Assembly (NCBI RefSeq): GCF_003367075.2 | Contig: NZ_CP065936.1 | Location: forward strand, 3,240,001-3,272,000 | DNA: 32,000 nucleotides | Source of the DNA: Cylindrospermopsis raciborskii Cr2010 | Lineage (GTDB): Bacteria; Cyanobacteriota; Cyanobacteriia; Cyanobacteriales; Nostocaceae | Reading direction: 5' to 3' | Shown here: in pieces, positions 21,313-29,192 of the stretch | How the letters are laid out: each line of letters opens with the position of its first letter | How positions within the stretch are numbered: position 1 is the stretch's first letter | Program-made: the position numbers and the translations under genes | Notes under the pieces: generated by a model | Database searches by the model: none | Told to the model about the DNA's origin: nothing | What the model saw: the letters and a program-made list of their open reading frames with translations, nothing else

Positions 21313-21330
21313 ACCGGAGAAGCTTAACTG
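21130..21330 (+). ncRNA. Candidate TnpB omega/reRNA scaffold
   Basis: Called by position only. In IS200/IS605 TnpB elements the guide RNA is transcribed from the 3' end of tnpB through the right end, and the terminal hairpin is present here. No covariation or expression evidence is available. Confidence 0.3.
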
Positions 21331-21837
21331 AGACATAACTTGTGCGCGTATTGAATTAGCAGCTGTCTCTGCAATTTCTGCTCTATCAGAATCAGTAAGA
21401 AGTACTGCAAGTAGCGATTTAAGAGCTTCGCGGTTATATATAAACTCTTTCGAGTATAAATTATCTTGCAACAAGGTGGCTTCTAAGTAAGGTAATAGCT
21501 CAGGTGGAGGAGATAGCAACCTTTCTTTAATGCGTCTCCTTGCAGTCTCTATTGCTGAAGAAGTACCTACACCTAAATCCCATGTTTCAATTATTAGCCT
21601 GATTTCACGGTTAAGTGATACACGCAGCGTTGATAAGCGACTAAATAAAGGAAGGTTAAGCATTAAAGGTGGTAGTACATTTCCCCAATCTAAACCAGCA
21701 CTAATAGTGCAATTGGCTTCATCTTCGATACGAGTAGCCTCATCGAGCCATCCTTCACCCAAAAGTAAATCTATGGCTTCTTGGGTTGTTACTGGCTCAT
21801 TCACCTGAAAATTATTATTTTGCTGTTGATGATTCAT
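21280..21837 (-). CDS. Hypothetical protein; native 3' end replaced by the TnpB-element right end
   Basis: 185-aa ORF. The last ~14 codons (SFSGLKTRRFLKSP*) are read from the reverse complement of the TnpB right-end hairpin and the tnpB 3' end, so the C-terminus is chimeric. Confidence 0.5.
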   Translation of the reverse strand: MNHQQQNNNFQVNEPVTTQEAIDLLLGEGWLDEATRIEDEANCTISAGLDWGNVLPPLMLNLPLFSRLSTLRVSLNREIRLIIETWDLGVGTSSAIETARRRIKERLLSPPPELLPYLEATLLQDNLYSKEFIYNREALKSLLAVLLTDSDRAEIAETAANSIRAQVMSQLSFSGLKTRRFLKSP

Positions 21838-21848
21838 AAATTGTTACC

Positions 21849-22178
21849 TTATCTCCGTCTTAATGCCCCATACTCAAAATAAACTAGATTATCGTATTCT
21901 TCATCAGGTCCGCAGTTAAACATATTTTGTTTTTCATAAAATCCTACAGACCTTAGTAAAGAATGTAACCCCACTCTACCTTCATACCCAAGCTCAACAC
22001 TTCTAATTCTGGCAAAATTTAAAAGTGCTTGACCAACACCTTTGAATTGAGGCGGACGCTGAATTTCAATTCGGTTAGTGGGGGTAGTGGCAATACCATC
22101 AACATAAACTAGTCTCTTACCAATATTCAACCGGGAACCGTGCATTTGTGTTTCTATTATCATTAGAGGTATTATCAA
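21849..22178 (-). pseudogene. GNAT-family N-acetyltransferase, N-terminally truncated fragment
   Basis: It retains beta4 and the acetyl-CoA motif (VDGIATTPTNR...QFKGVGQALLNFA) and the C-terminal part. An in-frame stop lies just upstream of the TTG at 22178, and no upstream GNAT N-terminal sequence exists in any frame. Confidence 0.6.
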
Positions 22179-22298
22179 TACCTCTTTTTAATGAAATTTT
22201 TCGTTGCATTGCTTCGTCAAATATACCCCTACATTATTAATATTTTAGCCCACATTCCGCGCCTAAGCTGTAACAGATCAAAGAGGATAGTAGTACAT

Positions 22299-22343
22299 AA
22301 TAACTCTCCCACCACACTGGGGTAATTATGGTGGGAATACATA
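22299..22343 (+). repeat. Partner copy of the ~45-bp hairpin repeat at 17325
   Basis: See 17325-17369. Stem cccacca / tggtggg, located 5 nt from the aminotransferase stop codon. Confidence 0.8.
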
Positions 22344-22347
22344 TATA

Positions 22348-23502
22348 TTAAATTGTGGTAAATACCTTCACCGCAGCAGCAACACCAGCACCAGGAATAA
22401 AGTTCTCATAACCCAGTTCCCCAAGAACCACCTCCAGGGCCGAAACACAACTAAGAATATCCCGATCGCTCACGAATCCCAAATGACCGATACGAAAAAT
22501 CTTGTTAGTCAAATGATCCTGTCCACCCGCTAAAGCGATGTCAAACCGCTTTTTCATCAAAGAGCGAATTTTATCTGCTTCCATCCCGGGTACTGACACC
22601 GCAGTAATCGCGGGACTGGCCCATTCATCCGGTGCAAATAGGGGCAAATTCAATGCTTTCATCGCTGCACGGGTAGCATTTTTTTGCCGCTCGTGACGGG
22701 CAAAAATTGATTCTAATCCCTCCCTCTTCATCATCCCCAAGGTGGTATGTAATGCTACAATTAAATTCACTGGTGGGGTAAATGGTGTGGTGTTCTTGGC
22801 TGTGGATTTGCGATATTTACCTAGGTCTAAGTAGAATTTCGGTAATTTGGCAGTTTTATAGGCTTCCCATGCTTTGTCACTGACGGAAACAAATCCTAAA
22901 CCCGGTGGTATCATATACCCTTTCTGAGAACCGGAAGCGACTATGTCTAGTCCTAGTTCGTCTACTGCTACATTATATGCTCCCAAACTGGTAACTGCAT
23001 CAACTATAATTAATGCCTCACCGTGTGCTTTTACATGGCTGTTAATCGCTGCTAAATCATTGATCACCCCTGTGGAGGTTTCGCTATGGGTGATAACTAC
23101 AGCTTTAATTTCCTTTTTGCTGTCTGCTGCTAATATTTCCCCAAATTTGCTTGGGTCTAGGGGTTTTCCCCACTCAGCAGTTAATACTTCTACGTTTAAA
23201 CCAAATGCTTCTCCTACTTCTACCCAACGTTCCCCAAATTTGCCGTTATTACCCACTAATATGCGATCGCCTGGGGAGAGAAAGTTAATGATTCCTGCTT
23301 CTACTGCTCCTGTACCACTAACATTAAGCATTAATACATCATTAGTGGTTTGATGTAACCATTTTAGGTTTTCTGTGACCTCACCCATCATGTTGCTAAA
23401 CTCCCCGGTTCGATGACCAATGGGATGTTTGGCTAATGCTAGTAAAGCTGCTTCTGGTACTGGAGTTGGTCCAGGAATCATCAACATTAATTTGTTTTCC
23501 AT
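22348..23502 (-). CDS. Class V (alanine-glyoxylate / serine-pyruvate type) pyridoxal-phosphate aminotransferase
   Basis: 384 aa with N-terminus MLMIPGPTPVPE and the PLP-lysine context SGSQKGYMIPPGLG. Confidence 0.9.
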   Translation of the reverse strand: MENKLMLMIPGPTPVPEAALLALAKHPIGHRTGEFSNMMGEVTENLKWLHQTTNDVLMLNVSGTGAVEAGIINFLSPGDRILVGNNGKFGERWVEVGEAFGLNVEVLTAEWGKPLDPSKFGEILAADSKKEIKAVVITHSETSTGVINDLAAINSHVKAHGEALIIVDAVTSLGAYNVAVDELGLDIVASGSQKGYMIPPGLGFVSVSDKAWEAYKTAKLPKFYLDLGKYRKSTAKNTTPFTPPVNLIVALHTTLGMMKREGLESIFARHERQKNATRAAMKALNLPLFAPDEWASPAITAVSVPGMEADKIRSLMKKRFDIALAGGQDHLTNKIFRIGHLGFVSDRDILSCVSALEVVLGELGYENFIPGAGVAAAVKVFTTI

Positions 23503-23601
23503 TATTTCTACCTTAATTGTTTATAACACTAACACTACTAGGTTTTTGATTTTCCACGAACTCTCAATCATATCATTGGTTGATTATATCTAAATAATTC
23601 T

Positions 23602-24486
23602 TTACTTTCCAAAAAGTTGCTTAATTGCTAATTCCGGATCTGGTTGTTTGACTAGGGACTCGCCTACTAGTATTGCTGATGCACCTGCTTTTTCTACTAT
23701 ACTGATGTCCTCTGGTGTGTGTATTCCTGACTCGCTAACTACTAAAATATTTCTTTCTTGGATTTGACTTCCTCTCTGTTTGAGTAGTTCACCGGTGGTC
23801 TGCAAGTTAACGGAAAAATCTTCTAGGTTACGATTATTTATACCAATTAAATTTACTCCATCTAGTTTTAATACTCTGTCTAGTTCTTCTAAACTATGCA
23901 CTTCGATTAATGCGGTCATTTTCAAACTTTTGGCAATCTTGATGAAATACTGCAAATCTTGATCACTTAAAATCGCTGCTATCAATAAAATTGCGTCCGC
24001 ACCATTGACTCTGGCCAGGTACATTTGATAGGGATAAATAATGAATTCCTTGCACAGTAATGGCAGATCTACTGCACTACGAATCAATGATAGATTCTCA
24101 AAACTACCTTGAAAAAATTTGCCATCTGTCAACACCGAAAGACAACTTGCACCCCCTGCTACATAGGATTGGGCAATTTCCACAGGGTTAAAGTCTTTTC
24201 TTAATACCCCTTTGCTGGGAGATGCTTTTTTTACCTCTGCTATTAGAGCAGGCTTGGTTTTACTTTGGCGCAGTGCAGCTAGAAAATCACGGGTTGGAGG
24301 TGCAACTAAAACCTGCTTTTGCAGTTCCCTTAGAGGTACCTTGTCCCTCCTTTGTTCTACTTCTATCTCTTTTGACCAAACTATTTCTTCTAAAATGTTA
24401 TTTGGCGATGCGTCCTTTAGAACGACTTGGTAGCGCACTATAGAAACGTCTATGGCGGGACTGGGAGAACGACGACGTATTTGCAT
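23602..24486 (-). CDS. trpC: Indole-3-glycerol phosphate synthase
   Basis: 294 aa with motifs [32 protein letters not shown] and IGINNRNL. Confidence 0.92.
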   Translation of the reverse strand: MQIRRRSPSPAIDVSIVRYQVVLKDASPNNILEEIVWSKEIEVEQRRDKVPLRELQKQVLVAPPTRDFLAALRQSKTKPALIAEVKKASPSKGVLRKDFNPVEIAQSYVAGGASCLSVLTDGKFFQGSFENLSLIRSAVDLPLLCKEFIIYPYQMYLARVNGADAILLIAAILSDQDLQYFIKIAKSLKMTALIEVHSLEELDRVLKLDGVNLIGINNRNLEDFSVNLQTTGELLKQRGSQIQERNILVVSESGIHTPEDISIVEKAGASAILVGESLVKQPDPELAIKQLFGK

Positions 24487-24498
24487 GAAGTTAAAACA

Positions 24499-24539
24499 GG
24501 AGAGGGTTTAACACCTAGGGGAGGATTGACCTCTCCCCT
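24499..24539 (-). terminator. Candidate hairpin(s) between lpdA and trpC
   Basis: On the minus strand, ggagagg...cctctcc is followed by tgtttt. There is a nested alternative aggggag/ctcccct stem. The structure lies only ~12 nt upstream of the trpC ATG, so it may be an attenuator or processing structure rather than a full terminator. Confidence 0.3.
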
Positions 24540-24552
24540 ATGTTTGGATATT

Positions 24553-25983
24553 CTAGCTGGCGATCGCTCGTTTATAGGCCTCATCCAAAACTTCTGAAAG
24601 TGTGGGATGGGCGTGAACTAGATATGCTAGGTCTTTAACAGAGTGACGATAAGCTACAGCGGAGGATGCTTCATGAATCAGATCGGAAGCGTGTACACCG
24701 AAAATGTGTACGCCTAATACTTCCCCAGTGTCTTGACGATAAATCACCTTGGCTATACCATCTGCTTCGTTTTCTGCTAAAGCTTTAGAGTTACCTTTAA
24801 AGTAGCTTTTAGTAGTGCCAATTTCAAAACCTTGAGCCAAACCTAATTCTTGAGCTGCTGTTTCTGTGAGACCCACATAACTAACTTCTGGATGGGTAAA
24901 TGCAGCAGCGGGTATGCTACGGTAATCTACCTTTTTGTTTCTACCGAGGATATTTTCCACTGCAATAATTCCCTGAGCGGAAGCAGCGTGAGCCAACATC
25001 ATTTTACCATTAGCATCGCCAATCGCATAGAGATTAGGAACAATTTCACTACCAGCAAGTATGTGCATACCATCATTGACAGGAATAAAGTTCCGTTTAT
25101 CCAGTTCCACACCCACGGTTTCTAAACCCAGATTTTTAGTGGCAGGGATACGTCCTGTAGCTACCAAGCAGGCATCTACCTCTAACACTTCCACATCTTC
25201 TTTAGTTTGGAAGTCTGCCAATTCAATTACAACCGGGGAACCGGGAATAATTTTCTTAGCGTAAATACCTACCTTAGTTTCAATATCACGAGAGGTAATT
25301 AATACCCTTTCTGCTAGTTTGGCAATATCCCGATCAAATCCTGGCATTAATATATCCACGGCTTCAATCATTGTTACCTCAGAACCTAAAGCCGTATAAA
25401 TATCGGCAAATTCCAACCCAATGTAACCACTACCAATAATGGCAATCCAATCAGGTAAAGACTCTAATTTTACCCCTTGGTCACTGGTAAATACTGTTTT
25501 GCCATCTATTTCGATTCCAGGAGGGACAAAGGGAACTGAACCGGGAGAAAGAATAATATTTTGGGCAGTGATGATTTTTTCACTTCCAGTTGTCACCACA
25601 CTCACCTTTTGTGGCCCAGCTAACTTTCCCCAACCCCTAATAATATCTACACCCAAACGCTTGAGACTATTAGTTAAATCCCCTTGTATTTTGCTAACAA
25701 GATTATTGGCATGTTGGGCGATCGCATCTCGCTGGAAGGAGACTCCTCCCAACTGAATTCCCAGGGACTGAAGATGGTGAGCATCACGCAATTCGCGCAC
25801 TTTTCCCGATGCTGCCAACAAAGCCTTAGAAGGGATGCAACCCCTATTAACACAAGTGCCACCCATATCAGCTGCTTCAATAATAGCCGTTTTCAGACCA
25901 TAATGGACAGCATGTAAAGCCGCACCATGTCCGCCCACACCTGCGCCAACAATCACTAAATCGTAATCAAATCCAGAAGTCAC
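24553..25983 (-). CDS. lpdA: Dihydrolipoyl dehydrogenase
   Basis: 476 aa. FAD motif [10 protein letters not shown], redox-active disulfide [12 protein letters not shown], and C-terminal HAHPTLSE. Confidence 0.92.
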   Translation of the reverse strand: MTSGFDYDLVIVGAGVGGHGAALHAVHYGLKTAIIEAADMGGTCVNRGCIPSKALLAASGKVRELRDAHHLQSLGIQLGGVSFQRDAIAQHANNLVSKIQGDLTNSLKRLGVDIIRGWGKLAGPQKVSVVTTGSEKIITAQNIILSPGSVPFVPPGIEIDGKTVFTSDQGVKLESLPDWIAIIGSGYIGLEFADIYTALGSEVTMIEAVDILMPGFDRDIAKLAERVLITSRDIETKVGIYAKKIIPGSPVVIELADFQTKEDVEVLEVDACLVATGRIPATKNLGLETVGVELDKRNFIPVNDGMHILAGSEIVPNLYAIGDANGKMMLAHAASAQGIIAVENILGRNKKVDYRSIPAAAFTHPEVSYVGLTETAAQELGLAQGFEIGTTKSYFKGNSKALAENEADGIAKVIYRQDTGEVLGVHIFGVHASDLIHEASSAVAYRHSVKDLAYLVHAHPTLSEVLDEAYKRAIAS

Positions 25984-26128
25984 GTTAGTCTCCCCACTGC
26001 TTTAAACTGAGTTGCTTTTTCATTTTTCACCTGATCTCAAGTTACCATCGGGCAATTACTAAAAAGAGCAACTAGAAAAAATTTATCCACTGGTTGTTTA
26101 ATGAAGATGTGAATTAAACACATTTGTA

Positions 26129-26452
26129 TTACTCAGGGCAATTATGTGCAATCCAACCTAAAATCACCTGATTAACCAGTTCAGGTGACTCATCATGGGG
26201 ACAATGACCCACCTCTTGTAAATATAACACTTCTAACTTATCATTATATTTAGCAAATTCAGAAGCCAATTTAGGTGGGATAAATCTATCCTTTTCTCCC
26301 CAAATCAACAGCATAGGAATGGTTAAATTGGGTAATAGAGTCTTAGCGCTAGGACTAAGTTCTGCACCAATAGAGGCTTTAAACAGGGCGATAAAAGCAC
26401 GAGTAGAACATCTATCTTGGGGTGGTCCTGCCAAAATATCAATTAACTCATC
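26129..26452 (-). pseudogene. Alpha/beta-hydrolase, C-terminal ~107 codons only
   Basis: DELIDILAG...IPMLLIWGEKDRFIPP...LQEVGHCPHDESPELV retains the Asp and His regions but has no GxSxG nucleophile region. The first 35 codons of the track ORF (MLRNRLYGVNRIYIYPVGLLGFVPQPNLRLPTTKL) are read from the array repeat, not from the hydrolase. Confidence 0.7.
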
Positions 26453-26475
26453 TAGTTTTGTCGTGGGTAATCGTA

Positions 26476-26501
26476 GGTTGGGTTGAGGAACGAAACCCAA
26501 C
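26476..26501 (+). repeat. GGTTGGGTTGAGG-N-AACCCAAC hairpin, a dispersed Nostocales-type repeat, one per array unit
   Basis: ggttgggttgaggaacgaaacccaac. Cognates occur near 27976, 29432 and 30974, and related copies at 15565, 15884 (inverted) and 17428. Confidence 0.8.
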
Positions 26502-26542
26502 AAACCAACCGGATATATATAAATGCGATTGACTCCATACAG

Positions 26543-26688
26543 GCGATTGCGCAGCACTCCCTAGGGGAGATCGCCAATTACCCGTTATTGTTTAAATTAA
26601 ACCCTACCTGGAGACTGTCTGTGGGGGAGACCGGGAATCAATTCTGGGTCTCAAAGCGAAAGTCAGTTTAAAACCGACTAGTTTTGTG
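26543..26688 (+). repeat. Spacer sub-element B (146 bp); cognates at 28043-28188 and in units 3 and 4
   Basis: gcgattgcg.agcactccctaggggagatcgcc...attgtttaaattaa...tacctggagactgtctgtgggggagaccgggaatcaatt.tgggtctcaaagcgaaagtc.gttt.aaaccgact.gttttgtg. It ends in a 9-bp palindromic hairpin (agtcggttt/aaaccgact) followed by GTTTTGTG. Confidence 0.75.
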
Positions 26689-26697
26689 ATATTGTAA

Positions 26698-26717
26698 GTT
26701 GAGTTCAATAACTCAAC
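26698..26717 (+). promoter_or_regulatory. Perfect 8-bp hairpin gttgagtt-caat-aactcaac about 70 nt upstream of each Uma2 start (also at 28198, 29654, 31196)
   Basis: The inverted repeat is seen directly. Downstream lies a TGn-TATATT-like extended -10 (ctatgttatatt; tatatc in unit 1). Candidate operator or promoter-proximal structure. Confidence 0.4.
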
Positions 26718-26785
26718 ATCCCTAAACAAACTATGTTATATCAAATTAAACCGATTAAGTCAGTACCAAAGTGGGAGGTATAGAC

Positions 26786-27736
26786 ATGGTGAGGCAAATT
26801 CCATCAAAAACTCAACTGCGGGTGATAGATTCTAACATTAGTCAGGGTGTGGAGACGCCTAAAATTGTCTACCCAGAAAGTGATAATAAACCTATGGCGG
26901 ATAACACTAGACAATTTACATGGATTGTCAAAATTAAGGAAAATTTAGAAATACTATTTAAGTATAATGCGGATGTGTTTGTGGCTGGGGACTTATTTTG
27001 GTATCCAGTGGAGGGTAGTAACAAAATTAAACTAGCCCCTGACACCATGGTAGTGTTTGGGAGACCCAAGGGGCACCGGGGGTCTTATCGACAGTGGGAA
27101 GAGAATAATATTCCACCCCAGGTGGTGTTTGAAATTTTATCTCCTGGTAATAATAATACTGAGATGGACAGAAAAAAGCTCTTTTATCTGGAACATGGAG
27201 TGGAGGAGTATTATGTATATGATCCAGATAGGATTAGTCTAGAAGTATCCATTAGGGAAAATAACTCATTTAATGAGATTGAGAATTTTACCACTTGGAC
27301 CAGTCCAAGATTGAAAATAAGATTTGACATGAGCCAAGATGAATTAGTCATCTATTATCCAGATGGGAGTAAGTTTCTTAGTCCTGTAGAATTGAGTAAT
27401 TATGCAGAACAAGAAAGATTTCTCAAAGAACAAGAAACTCAACGTGCAGAACGTGAAAAATTGCTTAAAGAGCAAGAAACCCAACGTGCAGAACGTGAAA
27501 AATTGCTTAAAGAGCAAGAAACTCAACGTGCAGAACAAGAAACTCAACGTGCAGAACGTGAAAGACTTCTCAAAGAGCAAGAAACCCAACGTGCAGAACA
27601 AGAAAGATTTCTCAAAGAACAAGAAACTCAACGTGCAGAACGTGAAAGACTTCTCAAAGAGCAGGAACAAATAAAGTATCAAACCTTGCTATCACAATTA
27701 AAAGCTAAGGGTATTGATATTACTGCACTCGAATAA
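26786..27736 (+). CDS. Uma2-family (DUF820, PD-(D/E)XK-like) endonuclease with C-terminal E/R/K-rich repeat helix, copy 1 (316 aa; 6 QETQRAE heptads)
   Basis: Core: YPESDNKPMADNTRQFTWIVKIKENLE...DVFVAGDLFWYPVEG...APDTMVVFGRPKGHRGSYRQWEENNIPPQVVFEILSPGNN...GVEEYYVYDPD. GGAGG lies 8 nt upstream of the ATG at 26786. Confidence 0.85.
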   Translation: MVRQIPSKTQLRVIDSNISQGVETPKIVYPESDNKPMADNTRQFTWIVKIKENLEILFKYNADVFVAGDLFWYPVEGSNKIKLAPDTMVVFGRPKGHRGSYRQWEENNIPPQVVFEILSPGNNNTEMDRKKLFYLEHGVEEYYVYDPDRISLEVSIRENNSFNEIENFTTWTSPRLKIRFDMSQDELVIYYPDGSKFLSPVELSNYAEQERFLKEQETQRAEREKLLKEQETQRAEREKLLKEQETQRAEQETQRAERERLLKEQETQRAEQERFLKEQETQRAERERLLKEQEQIKYQTLLSQLKAKGIDITALE

Positions 27737-27742
27737 ACTATT

Positions 27743-27773
27743 ACCTCCACCAGAATACCCTTGGGAGGTTTTT
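27743..27773 (+). terminator. Intrinsic terminator after Uma2 copy 1
   Basis: The acctcc ... ggaggt stem is followed by TTTTT. Cognates lie at 29199-29229 (stem mutated to acctGc) and 30741-30771. Confidence 0.45.
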
Positions 27774-27802
27774 AAAAACTGGAGTTTATACTAAAGAGAA
27801 GA

Positions 27803-27962
27803 GCGATTGGGAAGCACTCCCTACGGGAGCTGGCGAAACACTCTCTATGGGAGCTCCCCAGGGGATTAACCATAATTGTTTAAATTAACCCCTACCTGGA
27901 GACTGTCTGTGGGGGAGACCGGTCTCAAAGCGAAAGTCAGTTTAAAACCGACTAGTTTTGTC
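27803..27962 (+). repeat. Spacer sub-element A (160 bp), paralogous to sub-element B; absent from the first unit
   Basis: It aligns with B over the shared blocks gcgattg.gaagcactccctacgggag, attgtttaaattaa, tacctggagactgtctgtgggggagaccgg and tctcaaagcgaaagtcagtttaaaaccgactagttttgt. It has a 29-nt insertion and a 13-nt deletion relative to B. Confidence 0.75.
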
Positions 27963-28285
27963 ATGGGTAATCGTAGGTTGGGTTGAGGCACGAAACCCAA
28001 CAAACCAACCGGATATATATAAATGCGATTGACTCCATACAGGCGATTGCGAAGCACTCCCTAGGGGAGATCGCCAATTACCCGTTATTGTTTAAATTAA
28101 TCCATACCTGGAGACTGTCTGTGGGGGAGACCGGGAATCAATTTTGGGTCTCAAAGCGAAAGTCGGTTTTAAACCGACTGGTTTTGTGATATTGTAAGTT
28201 GAGTTCAATAACTCAACATCCCTAAACAAACTATGTTATATTAAATTAAACCGATTAAGTCAGTACCAAAGTGGGAGGTATAGAC

Positions 28286-29192
28286 ATGGTGAGGCAAATT
28301 CCATCAAAAACTCAACTGGGGGTGATAAAATCTAACACTAATCAGGGTGTGGAGACGCCTAAAATTGTCTACCCAGAAAGTGATAATAAACCTATGGCGG
28401 ATAACACTAGACAATTTACATGGATTGTCAAAATTAAGGAAAATTTAGAAATACTATTTAAGTCCAATGCGGATGTGTTTGTGGCTGGGGACTTATTTTG
28501 GTATCCAGTGGAGGGTAGTAACAAAATTAAACTAGCCCCTGACACCATGGTAGTGTTTGGGAGACCCAAGGGTCACCGGGGGTCTTATCGACAGTGGGAA
28601 GAGGATAATATTCCCCCAGGTGGTGTTTGAAATTTTATCTCCTGGTAATAATAATACTGAGATGGACAGAAAAAAGCTCTTTTATCTAGAACATGGAGTG
28701 GAGGAGTATTATGTATATGATCCAGATAGGATTAGTCTAGAAGTATCCATTAGGGAAAATAACTCATTTAAGGAGATTGAGAATTTTACCACTTGGACCA
28801 GTCCAAGATTGAAAATAAGATTTGACATGAGCCAAGATGAATTAGTCATCTATTATCCAGATGGGAGTAAGTTTCTTAGTCCTGTAGAATTGAGTAATTA
28901 TGCAGAACAAGAAAGATTTCTCAAAGAACAAGAAACTCAACGTGCAGAACGTGAAAAATTGCTTAAAGAGCAAGAAACCCAACGTGCAGAACGTGAAAGA
29001 CTTCTCAAAGAACAAGAAACTCAACGTGCAGAACGTGAAAGACTTCTCAAAGAGCAGGAAACTCAACGTGCAGAACAAGAAACTCAACGTGCAGAACGTG
29101 AAAGACTTCTCAAAGAGCAGGAACAAATAAAGTATCAAACCTTGCTATCACAATTAAAAGCTAAGGGTATTGATATTACTGCACTCGAATAA
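28286..29192 (+). pseudogene. Uma2-family endonuclease copy 2, frameshifted at a poly-C tract (5 QETQRAE heptads)
   Basis: C5 at 28613-28617, where copy 3 has C7 and copies 1 and 4 have CCACCCC. The reading frame stops at 28628-28630. The downstream part continues in another frame (track ORF 28557..29192). Confidence 0.8.

Larger units (their letters stand above)
19990..21330 (+). mobile_element. TnpB-only (IS1341-like, IS200/IS605 family) element; left end uncertain
   Basis: It carries a tnpB gene but no tnpA. A subterminal right-end hairpin, tctccg-tgtctttagac-cggaga, lies at 21298-21321. Confidence 0.4.

Noticed and set aside
21280-22178. GNAT fragment plus downstream 185-aa ORF as a GNAT-toxin/antitoxin pair.
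   Set aside because: Known GNAT toxin systems have a small RHH/DUF1778-type antitoxin encoded upstream of the toxin. Here the partner is downstream, large, and shows no recognisable DNA-binding motif. Both genes are truncated.
18623-22260. The 12-mer cccacattccgc occurs at both gene-truncation breakpoints: the end of the TnpB fragment at 18623 and the N-terminal break of the GNAT fragment at 22249. It looked like the termini of one inserted element.
   Set aside because: In 32 kb, the expected number of same-strand 12-mer coincidences by chance is on the order of tens (about 32000^2 / 2 / 4^12). The match does not extend beyond 12 to 15 nt, and the two copies are direct, not inverted.
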